From the NCBI RefSeq assembly GCF_036365525.1, contig NC_090380.1, forward strand, positions 71,971,757 to 72,035,756: a DNA stretch of 64,000 nucleotides, given 5' to 3'. A program made the translations under genes and the position numbers. Origin of the DNA: Heterodontus francisci. Taxonomy: Eukaryota. Under the pieces are notes generated by a model that ran no database searches, was not told the origin of the DNA, and was given only the letters and a program-made list of their open reading frames with translations. The stretch's first letter is position 1. Each line of letters begins with the position of its first letter. Positions 1 through 12,156 of the stretch are shown here, piece after piece.

Positions 1-1053
1 ATGTCCATCACCAGGAGTGGCTTGGTAGCACCACTACTGACCAAGCTGGCCGAGTCCTAAACAACATAGCTGCTAGACTGGGTCTGCGGCAGGTGGTGAG
101 GGAACCAACAAGATGGAAAAACATACTTGACCTCATCCTCACCAATCTGCCTGTCGCAGATGCATCTGTCCTTGACAGTATTGGTAGGAGTGACCACCAC
201 ACAGTCCTTATGGAGACGAAGGATACCTCTGTCGTGTTGTGTGGCGCTACCACTATGCTAAATGGGATGGATTTCGAACAGATCTAGCAACACAAAACTG
301 GGCATTCATGAGGCACTGTGGGGCAGCAGCAGCAGAATTGTATTCAACCACAATCTGTAACCTCATGGCCTGGCATATCCCCCACTCTACCATTACCAAG
401 CTGGGGGATCAACCCTGGTTCAATGAAGAGTGCAGGAGGGCATGCCAGGAGCAGCACCAGGATTACCTCAAAATGAGTTGTCAAGCTGGTGAAGCTACAA
501 CACAGGACTACTTGCACGCCAAACAGCATAAGCAACATGTGATAGAGAGAGCTAAGTGATCCCACAACCAACGGAACAGATCTAAGCTCTGCAGTCTTGC
601 CACATCCAGTCGTGAATGGTGGTGGACAATTAAACAACTAACTGGAGGATGTGAATCCACAAATACCCCATCCTGAATGATGGAGGAGCCCAGAACATCA
701 ATGCGAAATATAAGGCTAAAGCATTTGCAACAATTTTTGGCCAGAAGTGCCGAGTTTATGATCCATCTCTGCCTCCTCCTGAGGTCCCCAGCATCACAGA
801 TGCCAGTTTTCAGCCAATTCGATTCACTCCACGTGATATCAAAAATCGACTGAAGGCACTGGATACTGCAAAGGCTATGGGCCCTGACAACATTCCGGCA
901 ATAGTACTGAAGCCCAGTGCTCCAGAACTTGCCACGCCCCTAGCCAAGCTGTTCCAGTACAGGGACAACACTGGCATCTACCTGGCAATGTGGAAAATTG
1001 CCCAGGTATGTCCTGGACACACAAAGCAGGACAAATCCAACCCGGCCAATTAC
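1..1053 (+). mobile_element. CR1-group LINE fragment (family B: endonuclease end to RT start), decayed
   Basis: NILDLILTN...SDHHTV (APE C-terminus), PWFN, GPDNIPA...PLAKLFQ...DKSNPANY. Near-colinear with 50485-51445. Confidence 0.9.
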
Positions 1054-1130
1054 CTTGTAATACACCTTGTACAAAAACAAAGGAGAAAAATCAGACTGCT
1101 CCAATTACCATGGGATCACCCTCCTCTTAA

Positions 1131-1297
1131 GCAACGTTTAAGAGACATCTTGACAAATATATGAATAGGAAGGGAATAGAGGGATATGGGCCCCAGAAGT
1201 GCAGAAGGTGTTAGTTTCGGCAGGCATCAAGATCGGCGCAGGCTTGGAGGGCCGAATGGCCTGTTCCTGTGCTGTACTGTTCTTTGTTCTTTGTTCT
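1131..1297 (+). mobile_element. Short 3' end of HER1/CR1 LINE
   Basis: Almost identical to 14742-14904; ends in (ttctttg)n. Possible TSD TCTTAA at 1125-1130 and 1295-1300. Confidence 0.85.
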
Positions 1298-1465
1298 TAA
1301 TCCATTACTCCATATTTTATGCACTTCTGCCTAATAAGTAGAAACACTGGGCTGAATTTTCCTCGTCCTGCAGAGGCAGATTAGGAGGCAGGAATGGGAG
1401 CAAAGTTGTAAAATAGTGTCAGGTCTGCCACAGAGATGGAGTTCAACGTGGCAGAGACTACCCAC

Positions 1466-2469
1466 TGTTACGACCAGGTCAGGAAGGGGTCTCGGGCTCC
1501 CATTTCGCCCCTTCTCTGGTTTGACCGCAACAGGGTTTATTCTTTTAACAGTGATTTTAGCTTACCACCTCAGTGAGTCCTTGCTCACTGTTTCTTGAGT
1601 AATTCATTTGTAATTATAATCAGGCCGGTTTTCATGAGTTTAAACAAGAACGATGTAAGTTTATTAACCTTATCACTCTAAACCAGTTAAAATTACTAAA
1701 ATACGCAACACATCCACGCTCACATTCATACGAGAGGCCCACGCACAAATCGATACAGAGGGGAAAGGTAGAGTTGGGAGGTTGAAGTAAAGTCTGTAAT
1801 AAATGGAATTCAAATACTGAGTTTCTATGTCCTTAGTTGAAATTAAAGTCTTGATGTCTTTCCTGGGGCCATGTGCACAATTTGGGCTTGCTTCTCTGGT
1901 TCTGGAAGGCCAAAGAGAGGCTTTATCAGTCCTCTTGGTTGTTGCCTGTAGGGATCTGTAGTCTTGAGGCTTAGTAGCTGCCACCGAGGCTTCCCTAGGA
2001 CTTTACTGGGGAGGGAGACAGGAGAGAGGGAGATGTTCCTTCCTTGGAGTTCAGTTACTGTCTTTCTCCTTTCTCAAGCACAATTCACAAACTCGAGAGT
2101 TGCACAGGCAGGTATGTGACCACCTCTTTGTTTGAAAACAGAAGTTTCTGGAAGGTTTTTTTTGAAATTCAAAGTTCTTCTTCTCTAGTTGTGCAAACAT
2201 ATTTTGGGGTGGTTGGGTGTCAAGGTGTTTGACATTCTAGGTAATGGAATCAGAGCGCACCCCTGTTCTAGCTAGACAGGGTAATTACCTAATTACCTAA
2301 TTACCCTGTCTCCGGTCGACCTTTGGCTTCTCATATGCAAATTGTGTGTGGCTATCTTTGCTGTTCTGCTTTTTAAAAGTTATTTGTAATGTCCAGTAAA
2401 AAGTCTCAGGCAGAGTTCCATACGACAAAATTAATTATTTTCCATTTGACATGTGGGGTTTCTGTCACA
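1466..2469 (-). mobile_element. Solo LTR
   Basis: TGTTA...TCACA termini and exact 4-bp TSD CCAC. Homologous to 35496-36387. TTTATT on + suggests minus orientation. Confidence 0.85.
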
Positions 2470-3430
2470 CCACCCTGCAGCTCAGGGTAGCTGATTATGC
2501 CAATTAAGGGACCAATATATGGAAAAGTGGTGCTGCTGGGGACTTCCTGACAGCGTCCTGACTTCCTGCTGGCTGGGGTGCCATCGATGTCTTCTCTCTT
2601 ACCCCAGCACTGACCCACTGGGATCCAGCGACTGCAAAACATCCTATGGAGGTGTGTTTTTAAATTTTTCCTAATGCTGCAGAGAGCGCCTCCATTTCAA
2701 GGCAGCCTCCTACCTGCCTCAGCTGCGGCCACCTCTCCCACTCGGGTTATCAGCTGGACATCGAATCTAATCCAATTTTCCTGCTTGCTTTCCATATTTT
2801 CTTTGTGATATATTTCTCTATTGTCAAGCAGCTATTTTTTTCTTTTCCTGCTGCTTAGTCTTTATTAGAACTGCAGTGTAGAAACAGTTGTTTATATTAG
2901 TGGGTTGCTGTGGTAATGAGAAATGTTTTGCGCTGTTCAGCTCTGCAGGTTTTCTTGGTTTGCAGCTGTGGAATTTCGGTTCCTGAAAGCAGTGAGGAGG
3001 AGGAAGGTGGGGACTGTTTGTACGGCTGGATCACACATGACTGCAAGCTAAGGGCAACATAGTACTTTACTTCATATGGAATGGTTGGTGGATAAGATGA
3101 TGCTGAAAATTCACAGTAGTAATATGTGTAGGCTATGTCTCATAACACTTACCCCGAAAGCATGCACATATTTGACTAATAATTTGCATAATTTTGACCT
3201 TTGTGCACTCAGCAACTGAGCAATAGCTGTAACTGTCATGCAGACATTTAGCAAGTTATACAACAATATTTTCATATCAATTTACTGCACATTCCTGTTA
3301 ATCACGCAATGCCGAGTGAAGATTTGCATGCTGATATCTGTGGGAGAAAGGCACCACGGAGAGACAAACGTTGATATTTGGTGCATGATGGCAACCTTGC
3401 ATTGTAAATGGCAATATTTTTGGTGCAACT

Positions 3431-3970
3431 TGTAATAATTATAACTGAGTGTTAAAGAGTCAGAGATACAGCACCGAAACAGGCCCTTCGGCCCAACGAG
3501 TCCGCGCTGACCATCGACCACCCATTTATACTAATCCTACATTAATCCCATTTTTCCTCTCTCATCCCCACCTTCCCTCAATTCTCCTACCACCTACCTA
3601 CACTAGGGGAAATTTTTACAATGGCCAATTTACCTATCAACCCACAAGTCTTTAGCATGTGGGAGAAAATCGGAGCACCCGGAGGAAACCCACACGGTCA
3701 CGGAAAACTTGCAAACTCTGCTCAGGCAGTACCCAGAACCGAACCTGGGTCGCTGGAGCTGTGTGGCTGCAGTGCTAGCCACTGTGTGTACTTGCATCTT
3801 AGATACAATATGATACCTGCTAAACTAGTTAGGTTAGGTTAGCTGACCTGAGGGTTCGAGGTCAGATAGCACATGTTGAAAGACTCCAACTGTGGAATTA
3901 AGATGGCTGAATAAAGTCTGAAGCGAAGTTCAATCTGTCTTGCTAAGTGTCAATACTAGAGGATCTGATA
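3431..3970 (+). repeat. Gypsy 5' LTR (interrupted by a SINE)
   Basis: Shares gaggtcaga..acatgttgaaagact..ttaagatggctgaataaagt..cttgcta..gaggatc with 17317-17543. Confidence 0.85.
3452..3785 (-). mobile_element. HE1-type V-SINE
   Basis: Reverse complement of the 23934-24272 element: tRNA head, V domain, CR1-derived tail. Confidence 0.85.
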
Positions 3971-4532
3971 TTCGATAAGGTGCCACATGAAATGTTAATA
4001 GGCAGGATAAGGGCTCATGGAATTGGGGGTAATATGTTAGCATGGATGGAAGATTGGTTAATGGAACAGAAGCAAAGAGCGGGCATAAACAGGGCATTTT
4101 CAAATTGGCAGGCAGTAAATAGTGGAGTGCTGCAAGGATCAGTGCCTGGCCCTCAGCTATTTACAACCTATATTAATGACTTGGATGAAGAGACAGAGCA
4201 ATGTATCTGCTGATATAAAGCTAGGTTGAAAGGTAAGCTATGGGGGGGGGGCAGAGAGGCTGCAAAGAGATATAGACAGGTTAAGTGAGTGGGCAACAAG
4301 ATGGCAGATGGGGTATAATGTAGAGAAGTGTGAAGTTATTCACTTTGGCCAGAATAGAAAAGCAGAACATTTTTAAAAGGGTGCGAAACTTATAAGTGTT
4401 GCTGTTCAGAGACTGGAGTATGCTCGTTACAGGAACACAAAAGGTTAGCATGTAAGTGCAGCAGGCAATTCGGAAGGCAAATGACATGTTGGCCTTTATT
4501 ACAAGGGGATTGGAGTACAGAAATAAAGAAAT

Positions 4533-4840
4533 CGTCTTAGACGGCACCTTCGAAACCCTACCACCTAGAAGGACAAGGGCAGCAGATGCGTGGGAACACC
4601 ACAACCTTCAAGTTCCCCTCCAAGCCACAAACCATCCTGACTTGGAACTATATCGACGTTTCTTCACTGTCGCTGGGTCAAAATCCTGGAACTTCCTTCC
4701 TAACAGCACTGTAGGTAGACCTACCCCACATGGACTGCAGTGGTTCAAGACGGCAGATCAACGTCACCTTCTCGAGGGCAATTAGGGATGGTCAATAAAT
4801 GCTGTCCTAGCCAACAATGCCCACATCACATGAATGAATT
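4533..4840 (+). mobile_element. 3' end of family-B LINE nested in CR1
   Basis: Matches 62000-62302 and ends ...cacatgaatgaat. Interrupts the host reading ...EYRNKE|VLLQLY. Confidence 0.85.
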
Positions 4841-5287
4841 CAAAGTCTTGCTACAATTATACAGGGTTTTGGTGAGACCACATCTGGAGTACTGTGTGCA
4901 GTTTTGGTTTCCACATTTACGAAAGGATATACTTGCCTTGGAGGTTGTACAGCGAAGGTTCACTAAATTGGTCCCTGGGATCAGGGGTTGTCTTATGATG
5001 AGAGGCTGAGTAAATTGGACCTGTATTTTCTGGAGTTTAGAAAAATGAGAGGCAATCTCATTGAAACATACAAGATTCTGAAGGGGCTGAATAGGGTAGA
5101 CACTGAGATTATTTCTGCTTGTTGGGGAATCTAAAACACGGCGGCACAGTCTCAGGATAAGGGGTCAATCATGTAGGACTGAGATGAAGAGAAATTACTT
5201 CACTCAAAGGGTTGTGAATCTTTGGAATTCTCTACCCCAGAGTGTTGTGGATGCTCTGTCGTTGAATACATTTAAGGCTGGGATAGG

Positions 5288-5550
5288 NNNNNNNNNNNNN
5301 NNNNNNNNNNNNNNNNNNNNNNNNNNNNNNNNNNNNNNNNNNNNNNNNNNNNNNNNNNNNNNNNNNNNNNNNNNNNNNNNNNNNNNNNNNNNNNNNNNNN
5401 NNNNNNNNNNNNNNNNNNNNNNNNNNNNNNNNNNNNNNNNNNNNNNNNNNNNNNNNNNNNNNNNNNNNNNNNNNNNNNNNNNNNNNNNNNNNNNNNNNNN
5501 NNNNNNNNNNNNNNNNNNNNNNNNNNNNNNNNNNNNNNNNNNNNNNNNNN
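5288..5550. other. Assembly gap (263 N)
   Basis: Run of n. Confidence 1.
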
Positions 5551-5738
5551 CTCTCTGTCTGTCTCGCTCTCTCTCTGTCTGTCTCGCTCTCTCTCTGTCT
5601 GTCTCGCTCTCTCTCTGTCTGTCTCGCTCTGTCTCTGTCTGTCTCGCTCTGTCTCGCTCTGTCTCGCTCTGTCTCGCTCTGTCTCGCTCTGTCTCGCTCT
5701 GTCTCGCTCTGTCTCGCTCTGTCTCGCTCTGTCTGTCT
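5551..5738 (+). repeat. Compound microsatellite (CT/GT/CGCT; 22-bp then 10-bp units)
   Basis: ctctctgtctgtctcgctct... then (gtctcgctct)n directly after the gap. Confidence 0.95.
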
Positions 5739-5779
5739 GAATCGAGGGTTATAGGGAGCAGCTGGGAAAGTGGGTTTGA

Positions 5780-8700
5780 AACATAGAAAATAGGAGCGAG
5801 TAGGCCATTCGGCCCTTCACGCCTCCTCCACTATTCATAATGATCATGGCTGATCATCCAACTCGGTAACCTGTTCCCGCTTTCCCCCATATCCTTTGAT
5901 CCCTTTCGCCCCAAGAGCTATGTCTAACTCCTCCTTGAAAACATACAATGTTTTGGCCTCAACTGCTTTCTGTGGTAGTGAATTCCACAGGCTCACCACT
6001 CTCTGGGTGAAGAAATTTCTCCTCATCTCAGTCCTGAAAGATTTACCCCATATCCTTAGACTATGATCCCTGGTTCTGGACTCTCCCACCATCGTGAACA
6101 TCCTTCCTGCATCTACCTTGCCAAGTCCTGTTAGAATTTTATAGGTTTCTATGAGATCCCCCCTCACTCTTCTGAACTCCAGCAAATATAATTCTAACTG
6201 ACTCAATCTCTCCTCATACGTCAGTCCTGCCATCCCAGGAATCAGTCTGGTAAACCTTCGCTGCATTCCCTCTATAGCAGGAACATCCTTCCTCCGATAA
6301 GGAGACCAAAACTGCACAGAATATTCCAGGTGTGGCCTCACCAAGGCCCTGTATAGATGCAGCAGGACATCCCTGCTCCTGTACTCGAATCCTTTCACTA
6401 TGAAGACCAACATACCATTGGCTTTTTTACCGCCTGTTGCACTTGCATGCTGACCTTCAGCAACTGGTGTACAAGAACACCCAGGTCTCGCTGCATATTC
6501 CCCCCTCAGTTTATAGCCATTCAGATGATGATCTGCCTTCCTGTTTTTGCTACCAAAGTGGATAACGTCACATTTATCCACATTATACTGCATCTGCCAT
6601 GCATTAGCCCACTCGCTCAACTTGTCCAAATCACCCTGAAGCTTCTCTGCATCCTCCTCACAACTCACCCTCCCACCCAGTTGTATCATCTGCAAATTTG
6701 GAGATATTACATTTAGTTCCCTCATCTAAATCATTAATATATATTGTGAATAGCTGGAGTCCTAGCACCGATTTCCCTGCGGTACCCCACTAGTCACTGC
6801 CTGCCATTCGCAAAAAGACCCGTTTATTCCTACTATTTTTTTCCCTGTCTGCCAACCAATTTTCTATACATCGCAATACACTACCCCCAATCTCATGTGC
6901 TTTAATTTTACACGCCAACCTCTTCTGTAGGACATTGTCGAAAGCCTTTTGAAAGTCCAAATAAACCACATCCACTGGCTCCCCCTCATCAACTCTACTA
7001 GTTACATCTTCAAATAATTCTAGTAGATTTGTCCAGCATGATTTCCCTTTTGTAAATCCATGCTGACTCTGTCCGATTCTACCGCTGTTCTCCAAGTGCT
7101 CTGCTATAAAATCATTGATAATAGACTCTAGAATTTTCCCCACTACCGACGTCGGGCTGACTGGTCTATAATTCCCTGTTTTCTCTCTACCTCCCTTTTT
7201 AAATAGTGGGGTTACATTAGCTATCCTCCAATCTGTAGGAATTGTTGCAGCGTCTATAGAATCGTGAAAGATGACCACCAATGCATCCACTATTTCTAGC
7301 GCCACTTCCTTAAGTCCTGTGGGATGTAGATTATCAGGCGCTGGGTATTTATCAGCCTTCAATCCCATCAATTTCATCAACACCATTTCTCTACTAATAC
7401 TGGTTTCCTTCAGTTCCTCTCCCTCACTAAACCCTGTGTTCCTCAACATTTCTGGTGTTATTTGTGTCCTCCTTTGTGAAGACAGAACCAAAGAATGCAT
7501 TTAGTTGGTCAGCCTTTTCTTTGTTCCCCATAATAAATTCCCCTGTTTCTGACTAAGGGACCTACATTTGTCTTCACCAATCTTCTCCACATACCTATAG
7601 AAACTTTCACAGTCAGTTTTTATGTTGCCCACAAGCTTACTCTCGTACTCCATTTTTCCCCTTCTTAATCAATCCCTTGGTCCTCCTTTGCTGAAGTCTA
7701 AACTGCTCCTCATCCTCAGGTGTGTTGTTTTTTTCTGGCGAATTTGTATGCCTCTTCCTTGGATCTAATGCTATCTCTAATTTCCCTTGTAAGCCATGGT
7801 TTGGCTACCTTTCCTGTTTTACTTTTGTGCCAGACAGGAATAAACAATTGTTGCAGTTCATCCATGTGCTCTTTGAATGTTTGCCCTTGCCTATCCACCA
7901 TCATCCCTTTAAGTAACGTTTCCCAATCCATCATAGCCAACTCGTGTCTCATACCTTCGTAATTTCCTTTATGAAGATTCAGGACCCTAGTCTCAGAATC
8001 AGCTATGTCACTCTCCAGCTTGATGCAGAATTCCATCATATTATGGTCGCTCATCCCCAAGGGGTCTCGCACAACTAGATTGTCAATTATTCTTGTTTCA
8101 TTACATAACGGGTAGGCGGTGGCGTAGTGCTATTATCACTGGACTAGTAACCCAGAGACCAGGGTATTTCTCTGGGGACATGGGTTTGAATCCCACCACA
8201 GCAGAAGGTGGAATTTCTGAAATTAAAAGCTAGTCTAATGATGGCCATGAAACTATTGTCGATTGAAAATCTGGTTCACTAATGTCCTTTAGGGAAGGAA
8301 ATCTGCTGTCCTTACCTGGTCTGGCCTACATGTGACTCCAGACCCACAGCAATGTGGTTGACTCTTACATGCCCTTTGACATGGCCTAGCAAGCCACTCA
8401 GTTGTACCTAACTGCTACGAAGCCAATCAAGAAAACCCCAAATGAACTGCAGCGGTTCAAGAAGGCAGCTCACCACCACCTTCTCAAGGGCAATTCGGGA
8501 TGGGCAATAAATGGCCAGCGTCGTCCACATTCCATGAATGAATAAAAAGAACCCAAAATACCCAGTCTAGGATGGCCTCTTCTTTAGTTGCTTCCTCAAC
8601 GTATTGATCTGGAAAACCATTCCATATACACTCTACTACGGTATTGTGACTGATTTGCCCAATCTATATGCAGATTAAATTCACCCATAATTACAGATGT

Positions 8701-10550
8701 TCCTTTATCGCATGCATCTCTAATTTCCTGTTTAATGCCATTCCCAACATCTCTACAGTTTGGGAGTCTATATACAACCCTCACTAACGTTCTTTTGCCC
8801 CTTAGTGTTTCTCAGCTCTACCCATACAGATTCCACATTCAGAGCTAATAACTTTCCTCACTATTGCGTGAATTTCCTCTTTAACCAGAAATGCAACTCC
8901 ACCGCCTTTTGATTTTTGTCTGTTCTTCCTAAATACTGAATGCCCCTGGATGTTCATTTCCCATCCCTGGCCACCTTGCAGCCATGTCTCCGTTATCCCT
9001 ACTATATCATACCTGTTTACATCTATCTGCGCGATTTAATTCATCCACTTTATTGTGAATGCTCCGTGCGTTAAGGCACAAAGCCTTGAGGCTTGCCTTT
9101 TTAACATTGCCTGTCCCCTTCCCGCTATTTTTCACTGTGGCTCTGTTTGATTTCTGGCCCTTGATTTCTCTGCCCATCACTTTTCTTATTCCACTTACTG
9201 TCTGACTCCTTGCAAAGGTTCCCATCCCCTTGCCATTTTAGTTTAAACCCTTCCCAACCACTCTAGAAAATACTCCCCCTAGGATATCAGTCCCAGTCCT
9301 GCCCAGGTGTAACCAGTCCAGTTTGTACTGGCCCCACTTCCCCCAGAACCAGTCCCAATGTCCCAGGAATCTAAGACCCTCCCCCTCACACCATCTCTTC
9401 AGCCACGTATTCATCTGATATATCCTGCTATTTCTATTCTGACTGACACGTGGTACTGATAGTAATCCTGAGATCACTACCCTTTGAGGTCCTACTTTTC
9501 AACTTACTTCCTAACTCCCTATATTCTGCTTTGAGGACCTCATCCCTTTTTCTACCTACGTGGTTTGTACCAATGTGTACCACGACCACTGGCTGTTCAC
9601 CCTGCCCCTTCAGAATGTCCTGTAACCACTCTGAGACATCCTTGACCCTAGAACCAAGGAGGCAACATACCATCCTGGAGTCTCTTTTGCGGCCACAGAA
9701 ATGCCTTTCTATTCCCCTTATAATTCAATCCCCCAAAAACTATTGCATTCCCGCACTTTTTACTCCTCCCCTGTGCATCAAAGCCAACCGTAGTGCAACA
9801 AATTGGGCTGTTGCTGCTTTCCCCTGAGACACTATTCCTCCCAACAGTATCCAAAGCAGTATATCTGTTTTGCAGGGGAATAGCCACAGGAGATTTCTGC
9901 ATTGCCTGCCTAGTCCTCTTGCTCTGCCTGGTGGTCACCCATTCCCTTCCTGCCTGTGGAGCCTGGGCCTGCGGTGTGACTACCTCTCTATATGTGCTAT
10001 CCACGATACTCTCTGCCTCGCGGATGCTCGACAGTGTCCCCAGCTGCTGCTCCAGCTCTGAAACCCGGGCTTCCAGGAGCTGCAGCGGGGGACACTTCCT
10101 GCACACATGATTGTTCCCGGCTTCCCACATAGAGCATGAGGAGCTCACCACGGCTTTGAGCTCTCCTGCCATGACTTAACCCTTTAAATTAAACCTTTTG
10201 GAAGATCCTTCATATCAAATAATATCAATTATTCTGGGGCCCTTCTTCCCTGGTCCTCATTACTGCAGAACTCCCTGAAAAAACACTACTTACTATATAT
10301 GAAAATAAACTCTAGACCTGTCTTACCTTATTTACTAAGCCAGCTATTTAGAGCTATTCCCTAACAGTAGTTACTCACCAACCAATCACCTTGGAGTTTT
10401 CCTGTGATGTCATGGACTTTTTTTTTCTCAAACTCCGGCGTGCCTGGACTGCTCTCCCGGAAGGCAAGAGACTGGGCCTCGATCCTCTGGTTCGATTTAT
10501 AGGCTCCGCTGTTGGCATTCTCCCCACAGGTCTGCTCTGCTCCCGGAAGA
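5780..10550 (-). mobile_element. Near full-length CR1 LINE (5' UTR, ORF1 zinc-finger/coiled-coil/esterase, ORF2 APE+RT), decayed
   Basis: ORF1 from 10172: MAGELKAVV..SC..CRKC..LEARVSELE, VVVHIGTN, DWLHL. ORF2: LCLNARSIHNK, SDHNM, NYRPVS, SQHGF, YLDFQKAFD, VRPHLEY. Confidence 0.93.
8110..8550 (+). mobile_element. tRNA-derived SINE with LINE-shared body and tail
   Basis: A-box-like TGGCGTAGTG and B-box-like GGTTTGAATCCC. Body matches 49795-49990; tail matches 62186-62302. Confidence 0.85.
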
Positions 10551-10552
10551 TA

Positions 10553-10640
10553 AGAAGCTTAAGATCAGCCAAGATCATACTGAATGTCGGACAGGCTCGA
10601 TGGGCCATATAGTCTCCTGCTCCTTTTCTTATGTTCTTGT
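10553..10640 (+). mobile_element. 3' tail of the CR1 beginning at 3968
   Basis: agatcagccaagatcatactgaatg...cctgctccttttcttatgttctt continues from ...gggaaagtgggtttgaa at ~5780. Confidence 0.8.
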
Positions 10641-10713
10641 GATAACGAGGGTACTGAAGGAGGACCCAACCGTGACGATGAGGAATATAACGTTGGATTA
10701 GGTTAGTGAACCG

Positions 10714-12156
10714 TTGCAGTCCAATATGGCTTTTGACGGATTGGAAACTGCTGGGATTAGAGATGTAAATCCATTTAATCCCAGTGGTGAAGCCAATGTA
10801 GTGAGTGCACAATGGGTCGCATGGCTGGAAGAGTTTGAGGCTGATGTGGACAGCGGGGGCCTGTTTCTGAAAGAGGTGACGTCAGTGCAGCATCTGCCAC
10901 GGAGGGCTTTGCTCTATAATGCTGGGGTATCGGTGAGAGACATTCAAAGCATTTGGTGACACAGGAGAAGATGATTATGATGAGGCTGCCATGGAGGCAT
11001 TAAACAAGCATTATGTGCTGAAGATGAATGGAACATCTTAATGACCTGTTTGTCGACAGATGAAGCAGTCAGATAGAAAAACTATTGTGCAGTTTGTCAC
11101 TAGATTGCAGCAAGTAGCTAAGGATGTAATTATGGAAATGATTTGGTTAATCAGCTCGGGGAGCAAGTTGTACAAAGTTGTCAGTTGAACTACTTGAAGC
11201 ACAACTTGCTTGACGAGATGTTAACCTTGGCAGGAACATTGAGGGTAGCTGCAGGTGTCCTGGATCAAACTCAAGCCAAGTCATAGTGTCACTTATGGTG
11301 CAGAAGGTGGCCATTCGGCCCATTGAGTCCATGCCAGCTCTCCCCGGAGCAGTCCAGTCAGTCCCACTCCCCTGGCCATCCAATTTTCTTGAACAAGCTT
11401 GGATCCTCCAGAGGCAAAGTCAAAGTAACCCAAGTAATACTGTGAAAGAGTGCTTCAGATGTGGAAATTTGGGACATTTTGGGAAGGATTCTTGCTGCCC
11501 TACGAAAGGCAAGACGTGCAAAAATTGTGGAGGGATAGATCACTTTTTACTAGGAAGTGTAGAAGCAAAACTATGAGGAAAGTCTAGAAAGGAAACCAGG
11601 ACAGAGGAATGAACAAGGCAGGAAAGTATGCTGAGTAGAAGATGACAGCAAGATTGATGGTGAGTGTGGTGTTTACAATCAGTGATAGGAAACATGGAAA
11701 AGTACCAGTGGTGATTGGTGGGGTGAAGGTGGACATCATCGTGGATTCTGGAAGTGACAGCAATATGATGCAACATTGTGGGAAGATTGAAGAGCAGAAT
11801 CAAATGCTTATTGCACAAATGAATGAAGAAGTTGTATCCATACACGTCCAAGATATCCCTTCATCCTGTGGAATGTTTCAAGGCTGTAGTGCAAATGGGT
11901 GACCAGGTAGATGCAGAGTTAGTGGTCACGGAAGAAAGAGGGGAACCATTCGTGGGTAGAGAGACAACACAAGCCTTGGTGGTGCATATTGGACTGAAGG
12001 TGAACTGAAGAAGTTCAAACCTCTTTTCCAAGGAATAGGAAAGCTTGGTTGTCAAGTGAAGTCGACCATTTATGATCACATCGCAGAGCAAGGTTGAAGC
12101 TAAGATGCAAGTGCTCATTGATCAAGATATTGTTGAACCAGTAGAAGGACCAACAA
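10714..12156 (+). pseudogene. Gypsy gag-protease-RT start remnant
   Basis: PFNPSGE..AQWVAWLEEFE (gag), double knuckle CFRCGNLGH..C..CKNCGGIDHF, protease IVDSGSDSN, IVEPVEGPT. Confidence 0.85.

Larger units (their letters stand above)
3968..5779 (+). mobile_element. 5'-truncated CR1 LINE (RT C-terminal half); its 3' end continues at 10553-10640
   Basis: [39 protein letters not shown]; many frameshifts. Confidence 0.9.

Noticed and set aside
5551-5738. Possible CRISPR-like array
   Set aside because: Simple tandem repeat without unique spacers; eukaryotic context and no cas genes.
5184-5786. 200-aa ORF with LSRSVSLC repeats
   Set aside because: Artefact of reading through the N gap and a microsatellite.
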